Source: Candidatus Anstonellales archaeon (GTDB taxonomy: Archaea; Micrarchaeota; Micrarchaeia; Anstonellales; J096). Taken from it: a stretch of 38,269 nucleotides of DNA. The stretch is taken from positions 1 to 38,269 of the forward strand of contig JAVYLQ010000004.1 of NCBI GenBank assembly GCA_038740615.1. The letters are read 5' to 3'. The position numbers and the translations under genes are program-made. Shown piece by piece: positions 9,920-20,572 of this stretch. Position 1 is the stretch's first letter, and every line of letters starts with the position of its first letter. The notes beneath the pieces were generated by a model. It was not told the origin of the DNA and ran no database searches. It saw only the letters and a program-made list of their open reading frames with translations.

Positions 9920-11191
9920 ATGAAGATATACTTCGAAACCTATGGATGTACTCTAAATCAGGCTGATACAGAAATAATGAAATCTGTAACTAGACATGAG
10001 GTAGTTGATAGTGAAAATGATGCTGATGTAATAGTTATTAATAGTTGTGGGGTAAAAGGACCTACTGAATCTAAGATAGTAAGTAGATTGGAAGAACTCA
10101 AGAGAGCCGGTAAGAATGTAGTAATAGCTGGATGTTTAACTGCTAATAGAAAGATTATAGATAGATTTGGATACAGTGCGATAACCACATCTGCTATAAA
10201 CCGAATCGATGAGGCGATAGAAGGGGCTATCAGGGGAGAGAAGAGATATATAAATAGCTTGGATAGAAGAGGAAATATCCCAAAGAGATTTACTCCACCC
10301 ATAGCCAAGATTCCAATACAACAGGGTTGCCTATCTGCATGTCATTTCTGCTTTACAAAATTAGCTAGAAGATATCAAAGTCTGGGAATAGGTGAGATTA
10401 TTAGATGGATTAATGCTGCTCTCTACGATGGTTGTATAGAATTAGAGTTCACAGGTACAGATCTTGGGAGTTATGGAAAGGATATAGGAGCAAATCTGAT
10501 TGAATTACTCAGAGCAGTGTTGAATACTGATAGAGATTTTAGAATCAGATTAGGGATGTCTAGTCCACATTACTTTAGAAACATGCTATCTGATCTTATT
10601 CAGCTATATCAGGATGGGAGATTGTATAGATTTGCACATCTATCTGTCCAGAGCGGTAGTGAGAGAGTTGTTAGAGAGATGAATAGATCTCATACTGTAG
10701 AAGATTGGATTGTTGTTAAAGATGCATTCAGATCCGTGTTTGGGGATGAATTCACCATGGCTACAGATATCATAGTAGGTTATCCCACAGAAACTGAGGA
10801 AGATTTTGAATTGACTCTAAAATTCATTGAACAACACAGACCTGATATCGTAAATCTATCCAAGTTCACACCTCGACCAGGTACAGTAGCAGCTACTATG
10901 AGACAGTTACCATCAGAAATCATAAAGAATAGATCTGTGATTGCAAACAACCTAATTAAGGAAATAGCCTCTGAAAATAATCAGAAACATATAGGTAAGG
11001 AATACCGTGTTCTGGTTACAGAAAAGATGAAGGGTAGAACAGATTTCTACAGGCAAGTAGTTCTGGATCAGGATATAGAACTAGGATCATATGTTGATGT
11101 TTATATAGAATCAGCTAATCACACTAGTCTGTTCGGCAGAGTATTATCTAAGCCTATACGCTCTTCCTCTTCTAGAAGCAATCTTTCTTAA
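9920..11191 (+). CDS. Radical SAM tRNA methylthiotransferase (archaeal MiaB-like / e-MtaB type)
   Basis: ETYGC..N, NSCGVK, AGC, CxxxCxxC (CLSACHFC), [18 protein letters not shown]-terminal TRAM-like region. Confidence 0.92.
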   Translation: MKIYFETYGCTLNQADTEIMKSVTRHEVVDSENDADVIVINSCGVKGPTESKIVSRLEELKRAGKNVVIAGCLTANRKIIDRFGYSAITTSAINRIDEAIEGAIRGEKRYINSLDRRGNIPKRFTPPIAKIPIQQGCLSACHFCFTKLARRYQSLGIGEIIRWINAALYDGCIELEFTGTDLGSYGKDIGANLIELLRAVLNTDRDFRIRLGMSSPHYFRNMLSDLIQLYQDGRLYRFAHLSVQSGSERVVREMNRSHTVEDWIVVKDAFRSVFGDEFTMATDIIVGYPTETEEDFELTLKFIEQHRPDIVNLSKFTPRPGTVAATMRQLPSEIIKNRSVIANNLIKEIASENNQKHIGKEYRVLVTEKMKGRTDFYRQVVLDQDIELGSYVDVYIESANHTSLFGRVLSKPIRSSSSRSNLS

Positions 11192-11605
11192 GTATTTATC
11201 ATCGATAGCACGATCAACCAGGATTACTTCGAAATATTTATACTTCCCATCCTCTCCTACCCAATACGAACCTACAACCTCTGCGTTTGTATGCTTTCTG
11301 TTAGCTCTCTGCTCAGCAATCTTCTGCAAACTCAATCCAGGAGAGATGTATCTGAAATACTTACCAGATTTCCTACCAGCTTTTGGATTTCTCCTAACTC
11401 TATTACCTTTAGCTATCCTAACTCTAACTACGAATACACCTTGCTTGGCCTTGTATCCTAGAGATCTTGCTCTAGCAGGATTCGAGGGTTTTTCTATCCT
11501 CTGAATTGCTGGTTGATCTCTCCACTCCGCTAACCTTCTTCGATAATCTTCACTTCTGTTTTTGTATGATTCTTGAAAATTCTTCTGTATCAATTCGTAT
11601 GGCAT
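11144..11605 (-). CDS. rpl15e: 50S ribosomal protein eL15 (short C-terminus)
   Basis: [39 protein letters not shown] 11605 with GGTGA SD. Confidence 0.94.
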   Translation of the reverse strand: MPYELIQKNFQESYKNRSEDYRRRLAEWRDQPAIQRIEKPSNPARARSLGYKAKQGVFVVRVRIAKGNRVRRNPKAGRKSGKYFRYISPGLSLQKIAEQRANRKHTNAEVVGSYWVGEDGKYKYFEVILVDRAIDDKYLRKIASRRGRAYRLR

Positions 11606-11606
11606 A

Positions 11607-11912
11607 TCAATCACCAAGTATCTTACTTAAATCACCATTAGATTTTTTAAATAATTCATATGCCTGATCCCTAGATACATTTTTCATAGACATTATCAAC
11701 TCTAATTCATCCTCTTTGGGTTCTAATTCTTCCCTATCACAAACTATCATATAACTGGTCTGATTCTGAACGTTTATCTTTGTTATTTGGGCATTTATAA
11801 GAGCAATTGGGCGATCCTCTTTGTATATAATAACCTTGGGGGCAGATAGATTCTCTACTCTTCCACCCATACTCCTTATAAGAGCATTTAATTGTTTGGG
11901 ATCTAATTTCAT
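11607..11912 (-). CDS. nac: Nascent polypeptide-associated complex protein (archaeal NAC)
   Basis: DPKQL..L.RSMG start, NAC beta region, C-terminal UBA-like [18 protein letters not shown]. Confidence 0.75.
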   Translation of the reverse strand: MKLDPKQLNALIRSMGGRVENLSAPKVIIYKEDRPIALINAQITKINVQNQTSYMIVCDREELEPKEDELELIMSMKNVSRDQAYELFKKSNGDLSKILGD

Positions 11913-12484
11913 ATTTCAAACTTTTTAATCATGAAGTAATCTATAGGATTTATCTTATTCAATTCTCTATATATTTTTGTATTCAAAGATTCGTCTATCA
12001 GAGAGTTGATGAAATCTCCAAAGTTCTTATTACCCAATTCCAGTTCTAATTCTACTTGTAGTTTCTTTCTCAAATTTCTTTTCACAATTGCTGAAACCTT
12101 GGCCGAGGTTACTAAGAAAGATTTAACTGTGATTTCCGTACCATCTTTCAGCTTTGCTCTCTGTACATGATGTATAACTGTTTTTCCAGATCTTGCAAGA
12201 TTCTTGAGATAAGATAGAGCAATCTCAAAACCCACAACTTCTGAAGCTATTTGGCTACCTCTTACATGAGTCGTTCTGAAGAGTAATGTGGAATATAAAC
12301 TTTTATCATCATCTATTCTACCTGTGATATCTGCTAAGCTGACTCTTATAACTCTTCCAACTAGATTAGATTCATCATGAGATATAACACTACCTAGTAT
12401 ATGGTTCTTAGTCTGTATGTATTCTGGAGCCACGACCTCATACCATTTTTTCAGTTTCCATCTATTCAAGTTCTTGTTGTACAT
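11909..12484 (-). CDS. rps3ae: 30S ribosomal protein eS1 (S3Ae)
   Basis: WKLKKWYEVVAP, GRVIRVSLADITG, KINPI. Confidence 0.92.
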   Translation of the reverse strand: MYNKNLNRWKLKKWYEVVAPEYIQTKNHILGSVISHDESNLVGRVIRVSLADITGRIDDDKSLYSTLLFRTTHVRGSQIASEVVGFEIALSYLKNLARSGKTVIHHVQRAKLKDGTEITVKSFLVTSAKVSAIVKRNLRKKLQVELELELGNKNFGDFINSLIDESLNTKIYRELNKINPIDYFMIKKFEI

Positions 12485-12485
12485 A

Positions 12486-12938
12486 TCACTTCACCAATAA
12501 CACGGCTAATTCAGGGGAATACTTCCAGTCAGCAGGTAGCACTCCTTCTCTTTTATAGTATTTAACTAATCTATGTATCTTTGAAAGAACATGCTTATAT
12601 TTAGTTTGGTTATGGATATCAGACTTGTGATTCTGGAGATGTTGGTGCATTTTTACAGCTTTCTTCAATAATGATAGGAGATCCTCTGGTAGTTTGTAAA
12701 GACCATGTTCCTTAAGCACTTTTGTTAGTCTCTTTTTAAATACTGCTCTAATCGAAGGAACACCATATCTATCTCTCAAGATCATTCCTATCATGGATGG
12801 AGGATATCTCTGCTTGGCCAATTTTATAACCACTTCCTCAACCTCATCCTTACTCATAACCTGCCATTCAGGAACCTCCCATCTCTTAGGGAACTTTGAA
12901 CGACTATGACCATGTTTTTTAGAATGCAATCTAGCCAT
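12486..12938 (-). CDS. rps15: 30S ribosomal protein uS15 (S13e-like)
   Basis: MARLHSKKHGHSRS, IGMILRDRYGVP, LPEDL, KIHRLVKYYK. Confidence 0.96.
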   Translation of the reverse strand: MARLHSKKHGHSRSKFPKRWEVPEWQVMSKDEVEEVVIKLAKQRYPPSMIGMILRDRYGVPSIRAVFKKRLTKVLKEHGLYKLPEDLLSLLKKAVKMHQHLQNHKSDIHNQTKYKHVLSKIHRLVKYYKREGVLPADWKYSPELAVLLVK

Positions 12939-12980
12939 GATTATCACTCCTATTTTCTTAGCAGAAATGCTTTTAAAAAA

Positions 12981-13706
12981 CTATCGTATATATTGTTTGG
13001 TTGCTTCATTCTCTGATTTCTGAAACTCCTCTATCATCTGAGCTCTAATCCTATCAATATCACTTATCATTCTGTCTATTTCTGTGTAATCTATTCCCAA
13101 TTTGAAAAACTCATCTAATCTCTTGATTACAGATTTAGCAGCTGGTATATCTGGTCCGTCTGTTATCTTAGTGGTTTTTAGAACAATAAGTCCATCTATG
13201 TTTACAAATTGAGATATAGTTGGCAATACAGCCAATACACCAAATACATTTCCTGAAGCTGGCCCTGGCTTAGCAAAATCCTTATATTTCTCTAGAATCT
13301 GCTTGTTATTTGCATATATGTATATCTCATCTTCCTGACCATTTGGATCAGAGTATCCACCTATGCCAATTATCTCTCGCACCTTATACTTCTTAGCTAG
13401 GAGGTTTAGCATGTATGTTGAATAGCTGTAAGGATTCATGGGCTGACTCTCACCATACATTATTATAGTAGAAGCATGTTCTAAGTAGAATAGCTTTGTA
13501 GAGGCAATATTAACAATTCCTTCCTCCAACATAATCGCTCTGGCCGGCTTGAACGAAGAGGAGATTACCTCTCCTATCAGATTAGCCTTAGAATTCTTTG
13601 CTATATACTCTGCAACCATAATACCTATCAATCCCACTCCAGGATAACCTGCAATCACTCTATTCACTCTCTTTCTGATTTTAGAATGTTCAATAAACAT
13701 CTCCAT
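12981..13706 (-). CDS. PAC2-family proteasome assembly chaperone-like protein
   Basis: GYPGVGLIG, GESQP, GIGG, PD..AA; C-terminal YIR. Confidence 0.82.
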   Translation of the reverse strand: MEMFIEHSKIRKRVNRVIAGYPGVGLIGIMVAEYIAKNSKANLIGEVISSSFKPARAIMLEEGIVNIASTKLFYLEHASTIIMYGESQPMNPYSYSTYMLNLLAKKYKVREIIGIGGYSDPNGQEDEIYIYANNKQILEKYKDFAKPGPASGNVFGVLAVLPTISQFVNIDGLIVLKTTKITDGPDIPAAKSVIKRLDEFFKLGIDYTEIDRMISDIDRIRAQMIEEFQKSENEATKQYIR

Positions 13707-13756
13707 AGATCATTAATGATATATTACATTTAAAAACATATCTAAAAGATTAAATC

Positions 13757-14446
13757 ATGTTAAGTATCAGAGCTGAAGATGGGTATTTTGTAATATCCGA
13801 TCCAAAACAGATTCTAATAGCAACTGATACTGAGCGATTGATCTATGGTAACATGACTGGATCTAGAACAGTACCCGATAGATTAGAATTGGACGGGAAA
13901 GTATTTATCCCATTCCAGAGAATTCTTTTATATGTTAAAAATTTTGAAATTATGTTCTCTGGAAACTTCAAGATTCAACTTAGGGAGAGTAAACCTACTT
14001 ACACAGGAGATTTACACAATAAAACCGTAGGCATGACTGGGTATATATTAGAAACTGTAAATAACATTGTTAGAGAGAAAATATCCAATAATAGCTATAT
14101 TAATACTATAATGGCAATACATACCAGGGAAATACTCCCATACGATATCGTATTAGACTATGATGCTAAAGAGGCTAGAGTATTTGGAGACCAATATCGT
14201 TTACCAGCGATGCTACCTATAGCTAAAGGTATTGTTGAATTCTATACCAAACTAGAGGCTTATCAGAATTCTCCAAATGATGATATAAGAGCAAAGCTTT
14301 CAGAGTTGGTAAAGAGTAAACTAGAAGCCAAGATTCGTGGTTTAGATATTCCAAGAGTAATCAAGCTATATGAGCCTGAACTATTGATAACTGGATATGA
14401 TGCATCAGTTGAATATGGAGTAGCTTATGCACACAGATTGATCTGA
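13757..14446 (+). CDS. Hypothetical protein
   Basis: 229-aa ORF filling the gap, TATA about 25 nt upstream; no motif recognised. Confidence 0.7.
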   Translation: MLSIRAEDGYFVISDPKQILIATDTERLIYGNMTGSRTVPDRLELDGKVFIPFQRILLYVKNFEIMFSGNFKIQLRESKPTYTGDLHNKTVGMTGYILETVNNIVREKISNNSYINTIMAIHTREILPYDIVLDYDAKEARVFGDQYRLPAMLPIAKGIVEFYTKLEAYQNSPNDDIRAKLSELVKSKLEAKIRGLDIPRVIKLYEPELLITGYDASVEYGVAYAHRLI

Positions 14447-14447
14447 T

Positions 14448-15386
14448 CTATTCTAGATCTTCCAATCCTAGGAGCTCCTTCAATTCTCTATACCTATTCC
14501 TTATAGTAACCTCTGTAACTCCTGCAATCTCTGCCACTTGTTTCTGGGTTCTTCGTTCTCCTTTCTCCAGAGCAGCTATGTAAAGAGCTGCAGCAGCAAT
14601 ACCAGTTGGACCTCTACCTGATAACATACCCTTTTCCATAGCCATCTCCACGATTTCTTTAGCTCTCTCCTGAACATCCTCACTCAACTGCAGGGCTGAT
14701 GCGTATCTGGGGATATATATGGATGGACTAGTGAATGGGACCTTAAGATTCAATTCTCTCTTTATAAATCTATAAGCTCTTCCTATATCTTTCTTATCAT
14801 TATCAGATATCTGAACGATATCATCAAGAGTCTTAGGGATATTATTCTTTCTACACACAGCATACACAACTGCAGCAACCACACTCTCTATCAATCTACC
14901 TCTGATCAATTGCTTCTCCACAGCTTTCTTGTATATATGAGCAGCCTCTTCAGCCACTCTCTTAGGTAATTGTAATCTATCAGTTATTTTCTCAAGTTCC
15001 TGGAGAGCTGTTGCTAAGTTTCTTTCATACGAAGAGGTCATAGAGATTCTCCTATGCCATTTTCTCATTCTATTTATAGTAGTTTGATGTTTTACAGATA
15101 TCTTACTACCTCTGCTATCTTTGTTAGAAGTATCTATCTCTGTAGTTAGACCTCTGTTTGGTTTCATTACTGATAGAGGCCCCCCAGTTCTAGCTCTCTT
15201 AGCTCTCTGGTCAGCATCAAAAGCTCTCCACTCAGGACCGTAATCAATAGCTTCCTCACTTATCACCAATCCACAATCATTACATATCAATTCAGATGTT
15301 TCTGGATCCTGTGAGATGTTTGTACTTCCACAATCCGGACAGACAAGAGTATTCTCATCATGTTTGTGCTTTTTCTTCTCATCCAT
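14448..15386 (-). CDS. tfb: Transcription initiation factor IIB (TFB)
   Basis: Zn ribbon CPDCG..CNDCG, GPEWRAF B-reader, two cyclin repeats, GVTEVTIRNRY. Confidence 0.97.
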   Translation of the reverse strand: MDEKKKHKHDENTLVCPDCGSTNISQDPETSELICNDCGLVISEEAIDYGPEWRAFDADQRAKRARTGGPLSVMKPNRGLTTEIDTSNKDSRGSKISVKHQTTINRMRKWHRRISMTSSYERNLATALQELEKITDRLQLPKRVAEEAAHIYKKAVEKQLIRGRLIESVVAAVVYAVCRKNNIPKTLDDIVQISDNDKKDIGRAYRFIKRELNLKVPFTSPSIYIPRYASALQLSEDVQERAKEIVEMAMEKGMLSGRGPTGIAAAALYIAALEKGERRTQKQVAEIAGVTEVTIRNRYRELKELLGLEDLE

Positions 15387-15453
15387 TGCACCATCACCTT
15401 TTTAAATTTTATTAATCCAACTTATATTTAAATCTTTCTATGTAAAAGAAAAT

Positions 15454-16047
15454 ATGTTGGATTATCTGTGTCGAGTATACTTTGGGATAGCATTCATAAT
15501 CTTTCTAACAGGATGTATATCTTCTCAAATAACAGAGACTGAACTCTCTCCAAGCGAATTAATAGTTGACAGATCTATTTTATTAGATGAACATGTAAGA
15601 ATAACTAGAGTTAATCAGACTGAAAGAATAATCGTTGTAGGAAGTTTCGCCAATGATGAATCACCATATTATATAACCCTGGAAGATTGGAAGAGAGTAA
15701 AAAATATAGTTACATACCGAGCAGCCCCTCAATCAGATATACTATATTTTAAGATCAGAATTGATAAAAGAGGAAAAACTCCATCTACTATGTATGAATT
15801 ACTGAACTATACTATAAGAACTGCTGTATGTGATGATAATATATGTTATGGACCATCTCGACTCAATAAAAACAGATATGAAGGATTCTCCATATCAGAG
15901 AACTATGTAGTTATACCCGAAGAATTTAGACCAAAAATCGTTATATTATATATGATCCTAGGGAGTGCTTCTTCTCTAACATCTAATCCCGGAAATATGG
16001 TGGTTGTTGGGAAAATAGAGTTAGATAAGCTTAGCCCTATTAGATAA
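15454..16047 (+). CDS. Hypothetical exported / lipoprotein-like protein
   Basis: Hydrophobic N-terminus ending in lipobox-like LTGC. Confidence 0.6.
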   Translation: MLDYLCRVYFGIAFIIFLTGCISSQITETELSPSELIVDRSILLDEHVRITRVNQTERIIVVGSFANDESPYYITLEDWKRVKNIVTYRAAPQSDILYFKIRIDKRGKTPSTMYELLNYTIRTAVCDDNICYGPSRLNKNRYEGFSISENYVVIPEEFRPKIVILYMILGSASSLTSNPGNMVVVGKIELDKLSPIR

Positions 16048-17001
16048 CAATAAGAACACTCCTAAATCACCCTTCAATCTATAACTATGATCTCTTTTCA
16101 ATTCTACACCATATTTCTTAGATATATAATCCTCAATCATCCTAACTCTAATTTCCCTATCCTCGAATAATACCGCATCATACCAAGGATCAAAATCATG
16201 CAATTTATTTATATCTATTATTTTAGCTATAAATCCTGTATCTCCGTGGATAGAATTTTCCATTCTTAATAGCTTTGTCTGATCTAGAGTGACATTACTA
16301 TCCATAGATATTCTAAATCTGGACCGTTCCACTGCTAGAGCGAATTTCTGCATATCCACATCACTCCAATCACCTAGATAGACTCTATCATTCCCTGTGA
16401 TTTCTCTTATGGATCTCAATAATCTAGCCTGCATTCTATTCTTCATATTCTCATATCTAGGTCCCATGAGTAAATTATCTTTCCTGATTATACCAATATC
16501 CTCAATCTTCACGTCTCTAAGGATTAGATAATCTATAATAGCTGATCTAGCATCTCTGGATAGCTCCTGAATCCATCTATCCCTTACATGTATATGAAAC
16601 CCTCTATTTCCAGAGTAATTGATAACTATTCTCTGCAATCCAAATTCACTCTTTAGGATGTCATATAATTCAAAGATATCCTGCTTGATTATATTCAATC
16701 TATCCAAGCTCTCATCAATATCAATTGCAAAATCCGCTCTGATGTATTCTTTCTGATCCATAGGTCTATCTGGATGTTGATAGTAAGATATGGAATAAGA
16801 AATATATATTGGTGTTCTCTCAATCAGAAAATTCTTCAGCTGAGATTCGGATCTAAAAGCCAAATGTCTATACACTATTTTCTTTCCAAAATCTCCTATT
16901 CCGAACTCTCTCTTTTCTATTTCATCTATATGTATATTAATATTCCTATATGCTTCTGAGAACAGGTTTCTTACAATTGCTCTATCTCTTATCCCTTCCA
17001 T
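16021..17001 (-). CDS. priS: DNA primase catalytic subunit PriS
   Basis: REFG, RHLAF, DFAIDID, YSGNRGFHI, D..VT.D..LLR..S.HG motifs. Confidence 0.93.
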   Translation of the reverse strand: MEGIRDRAIVRNLFSEAYRNINIHIDEIEKREFGIGDFGKKIVYRHLAFRSESQLKNFLIERTPIYISYSISYYQHPDRPMDQKEYIRADFAIDIDESLDRLNIIKQDIFELYDILKSEFGLQRIVINYSGNRGFHIHVRDRWIQELSRDARSAIIDYLILRDVKIEDIGIIRKDNLLMGPRYENMKNRMQARLLRSIREITGNDRVYLGDWSDVDMQKFALAVERSRFRISMDSNVTLDQTKLLRMENSIHGDTGFIAKIIDINKLHDFDPWYDAVLFEDREIRVRMIEDYISKKYGVELKRDHSYRLKGDLGVFLLLSNRAKLI

Positions 17002-17711
17002 TGTAGAGGATTATTAATGCCACAATTAGCTACACAGAGTCCTAACTGCCTTATCTTCTCACAGGAGTACATCTTGTATTTATTCTTATAAATATGTTCC
17101 AGGTAATATCTGGTTTTACGTTCGTTAAAATTAGGCAATTGACGGTAGATCTCAATAATCTCATCAATCTCCTTGTTTATATTTATCATATATATCCCTA
17201 GTATTAATCTCTCATAGTGCCCTACATTCTCTCCACTAGAAATTCTATTTAGAATGTTCTGTATACATGGGGGATATGATTTAATAGTTCTAACAATTGC
17301 CTTTGGCAACCAATCTTTAAACATCTCCTGCAGTTCTTTTCGATTAGAATCAACATATTCTCTAATACTTCTAAGCATCATATCTACTCTAACGTTCACT
17401 ATTTCGTCATTATCCAATTCAATATAACCCTCTCTCATTTTCCTAGCAATCAGATTGGGGTGAACTGATATTCTTAAGTATTCTTCAATTCTGAGCTTTG
17501 ATGGGAATATTTGGAAATTTACCCCTCTTGTTCTGTGATATATATTTACCAATATCTCTCGTGCTCTGTCAGTTCTATTTCTTAAGATATTAAAAATTAC
17601 GTGTATCATTAACCTATCTATACTCCTATCATTAGGTATCTCATTCCAGACCCTTTCTGAATTTGCACGTATCTTTTCCTCATTGATTAGTGAAGTATCT
17701 AAATTTAACAT
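16989..17711 (-). CDS. priL: DNA primase large subunit PriL (compact)
   Basis: YPPC, GHYER, PNFNE..T.Y, SC..LC..C Fe-S cysteines; adjacent to priS; ATG 17711 chosen to avoid overlap with trkH. Confidence 0.85.
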   Translation of the reverse strand: MLNLDTSLINEEKIRANSERVWNEIPNDRSIDRLMIHVIFNILRNRTDRAREILVNIYHRTRGVNFQIFPSKLRIEEYLRISVHPNLIARKMREGYIELDNDEIVNVRVDMMLRSIREYVDSNRKELQEMFKDWLPKAIVRTIKSYPPCIQNILNRISSGENVGHYERLILGIYMININKEIDEIIEIYRQLPNFNERKTRYYLEHIYKNKYKMYSCEKIRQLGLCVANCGINNPLQWKG

Positions 17712-17763
17712 CAACTTATATAATATGCAGACATTATTTAAAAACAACTTATAATACAGAACT

Positions 17764-19098
17764 GTGATAGCCAAGATCTCTGAATCGTTTCTAGTAATTA
17801 GCATAATAATATCCATATCCACAATCTATAGTTATCTAAACGACCTACCTAATTTCAATAATTTACTAATTACCAATATTATAACTTTGGCATTCCCAAT
17901 ATTATATACTCTATCACGTGCATATAATTCCATATCATCATTTATCTCAAGATTAATAAGCAAGGATAGATTAGTATTTAGAGATCCAAAGAGAATATTC
18001 AGAGTATCTCAGGGAAGTTTTCTAGCATTCATAGCCATAATATGGTTGATGTTTGGTGTGATCGCATCTATTCCGTTCTATTTGAAAACAGGCAAGATCG
18101 TAGACTCTCTATTTGAATCGTTTAGTGCGATTACTACTAGTGGATTCAGTGTAATAGAGGATGAGTTGGAGGATGATTTACTTATATATAGAGCATTATT
18201 GCAATGGATAGGGGGTTTAGGTGTAACATCTTTCATATTTACAGTGCTTAGAGGCATTTCTGGGAAATATCTTGCAAATAATATTGGGATAGAACAGAAT
18301 TATGTAGATAGTTTCAGAAGCATTCTAATAATATACCTAACATTTACATTGATAATAATTATACTATTGATAATAACTGGTTTGGACTATTTAAATGCAT
18401 TCCTATTATCACTGACTACTACTAGCAATGGAGGTTTTCCTGCAAAGAGTAATGATCTGAATCTAATTCAGAAATATATAATGGGTCTAGGAATGCTGGC
18501 AATGTCAATATCCTTGCCTATTTACTTAGGAAGAGGGGACCTGAAACTAGTAGGGATGTATATTCTATATTTAATTATGGTGATGATACTCTCTCATATC
18601 ACAGGGATGGAGAGTAACGATGCTATTCTATTTACATTAACTACATCTACTTCTGGAGGGTATTCCTATGTCTCGCCTAACCTAAATGACTTACAAATCA
18701 TGATATTCTCTATTGTGATGCTAATAGGAGGAATGACAATATCTACTGCTGGGGGTATAAAGATAAATAGAATTTTTGAGATTATAAAGACTATAAGGTA
18801 CTATGTGTATTCTAAATTATACGGAGCTAAGTTCAAAATCGTAAATGAGCCTGTATTAATATTAATACTGTTTGCTAATTTATACATATTTACCTTTATA
18901 GCTCATTTAATAGAAGGGTTCAATATTAGAGAGAGCATGTTCAACTCTGCATCTGTTGTGGGGAATTGTGGGTATTCCCTTCTGGATTACAGAAATACAT
19001 CAGATATCTTTAAGCTATACATAATCATAGTAATGTACTTAGCTAGAATAGAGATAATACCTATTATCGTACTAGGATTCAAACTTTTAAACAGATAG
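17764..19098 (+). CDS. trkH: TrkH-family potassium uptake membrane protein
   Basis: Pore motifs FESFSAITTSG, QWIGGLG, TSNGG, GG..STAGGIK, GNCG, M.LAR.EI. Confidence 0.9.
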   Translation: MIAKISESFLVISIIISISTIYSYLNDLPNFNNLLITNIITLAFPILYTLSRAYNSISSFISRLISKDRLVFRDPKRIFRVSQGSFLAFIAIIWLMFGVIASIPFYLKTGKIVDSLFESFSAITTSGFSVIEDELEDDLLIYRALLQWIGGLGVTSFIFTVLRGISGKYLANNIGIEQNYVDSFRSILIIYLTFTLIIIILLIITGLDYLNAFLLSLTTTSNGGFPAKSNDLNLIQKYIMGLGMLAMSISLPIYLGRGDLKLVGMYILYLIMVMILSHITGMESNDAILFTLTTSTSGGYSYVSPNLNDLQIMIFSIVMLIGGMTISTAGGIKINRIFEIIKTIRYYVYSKLYGAKFKIVNEPVLILILFANLYIFTFIAHLIEGFNIRESMFNSASVVGNCGYSLLDYRNTSDIFKLYIIIVMYLARIEIIPIIVLGFKLLNR

Positions 19099-19112
19099 TA
19101 TGTATTAGAATT

Positions 19113-19658
19113 ATGAGGATCTTTATATTTGGTTTGGGTGAGATTGGTAAATATCTACTGAACATGTTTGCAAATGCCCATCAGATAGTAGTAAGTGATC
19201 TAGATGTAGACACAATGGAGACTGTTGCTGAAAATTATGGGGTGGAATACCTAGATTATGAAATTCTGGATGATTTGGAGACTAGTTTTGATTATGCATT
19301 TCTTGTATCAGATGATGTGAGTACTAACGTAATGTTGAGTATTCAAATGATCTCACAAGGATGTAAAAATGTTGTATGTTATGTTAATGATGAGCGATCC
19401 AAAAAGGTTCTAGAAAAATTGAATATAATGGCATTCTCTCAGGCAGAGATAGCTAAGAATATTATTCTCAGGAGTTTTAGAGGAGGAATCTACCGTGCTA
19501 TTTTTGAGAATATGCTAGATACATATGAGGGAAAGAGTTTTAGAGGCAAATCACTGAGCCAGATCAAAAATGGATTATTTGTTATATCTAACAATAGGAT
19601 AATAAAAGATCATAATTATGTAATCCAGGATGATGATATAGTTGTGGTTTATAGATAG
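19113..19658 (+). CDS. trkA: TrkA-family NAD-binding regulatory subunit (short)
   Basis: Rossmann GLGEIG, RCK_N pattern, directly after trkH. Confidence 0.82.
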   Translation: MRIFIFGLGEIGKYLLNMFANAHQIVVSDLDVDTMETVAENYGVEYLDYEILDDLETSFDYAFLVSDDVSTNVMLSIQMISQGCKNVVCYVNDERSKKVLEKLNIMAFSQAEIAKNIILRSFRGGIYRAIFENMLDTYEGKSFRGKSLSQIKNGLFVISNNRIIKDHNYVIQDDDIVVVYR

Positions 19659-19691
19659 TATTAAAAAGTCTAGTTGATATACAAAAATAGA

Positions 19692-19776
19692 GCCGAGGTG
19701 GCGGAACCAGGTTAACGCGCCAGCCTGGAGAGCTGGTTCCCGTAAGGGTTTGTGGGTTCAAATCCCACCCTCGGCG
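19692..19776 (+). tRNA. tRNA-Ser(GGA), no intron, no encoded CCA
   Basis: Acceptor GCCGAGG/CCTCGGC, anticodon stem CCAGC/GCTGG with loop CT-GGA-GA, long variable arm, T-arm GTGGG-TTCAAAT-CCCAC, discriminator G. Confidence 0.96.
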
Positions 19777-19808
19777 TTATATTAAAAAACAATTCTCAAT
19801 AAAATAAT

Positions 19809-20549
19809 ATGGATCTATTTAGAATGCAGATATCAGAAGTTGATATAGCTAGATTTCTCTATCTAGCCGCCCATGATAATGCATTCGATAGATCTAGAGG
19901 GGTATTTAGAAACTACCTTGAATATCTCAGAGACAAAAAGGTTGGAAAGGATGTTGGGAATATGAATAGTTTTAAATCTATGCTAGCTAGAGATAAACCC
20001 GAATCATATGTTAAAATCCTGAAGATAATGGAAAGGGCGATAGAGATTGAAATACTAGCATCTATAAGAAACAATGTAGAGCATAATCAAATATTAGCTA
20101 TAAAAGACCATCTATCAGTGGCTTTAAGATATATGGTATGGTTACACAGATTATTATCTGAGATATCTAACAATCGCATATTGAGTTTTGGAGCGTATAC
20201 ATATAGTCCATTAGATCTTAGGGGAGATTTGAATCTCGTTGCATCATATTTATCAAATGCTGGTAAGAGAATTGTATTTGGAGTTAGTTACAGCGTAGTA
20301 TCTGATAGGAGTGTAATAGAAAGAATATTGATCGTAAATTTTAATCACGAAATGCAAACTCTTATAAAGGAATTTCTAAAGACTATAGCTGCTGAACAAA
20401 CAACAGAGAGTGTTAATATTACTGCTATAACTACTAATTTAAATGATAAAGTCTATTCTGGTCTTATAAGAACCGATGATGAAATTGAACTGACAACATT
20501 CCGTAGCAATAATCCAGAAGTAAAATTCTATGTAATAAAAGATATTTAA
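19809..20549 (+). CDS. Hypothetical protein
   Basis: 246-aa ORF; no recognised motif. Confidence 0.7.
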   Translation: MDLFRMQISEVDIARFLYLAAHDNAFDRSRGVFRNYLEYLRDKKVGKDVGNMNSFKSMLARDKPESYVKILKIMERAIEIEILASIRNNVEHNQILAIKDHLSVALRYMVWLHRLLSEISNNRILSFGAYTYSPLDLRGDLNLVASYLSNAGKRIVFGVSYSVVSDRSVIERILIVNFNHEMQTLIKEFLKTIAAEQTTESVNITAITTNLNDKVYSGLIRTDDEIELTTFRSNNPEVKFYVIKDI

Positions 20550-20572
20550 AGTTTAATTATCTAAAAATTATT

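Noticed and set aside
1910..12000. Short antisense or alternative-frame ORFs (1910-2170, 2882-3226, 3899-4150, 4993-5262, 6287-6547, 6982-7164, 7295-7540, 8247-8654, 9958-10308, 10136-10321, 11737-11919)
   Set aside because: Overlap well-supported genes and have no motifs.
17712..17822. Upstream extension of priL given by the ORF track
   Set aside because: Overlaps the divergent trkH start and the shared TATA; ATG 17711 fits promoter spacing.
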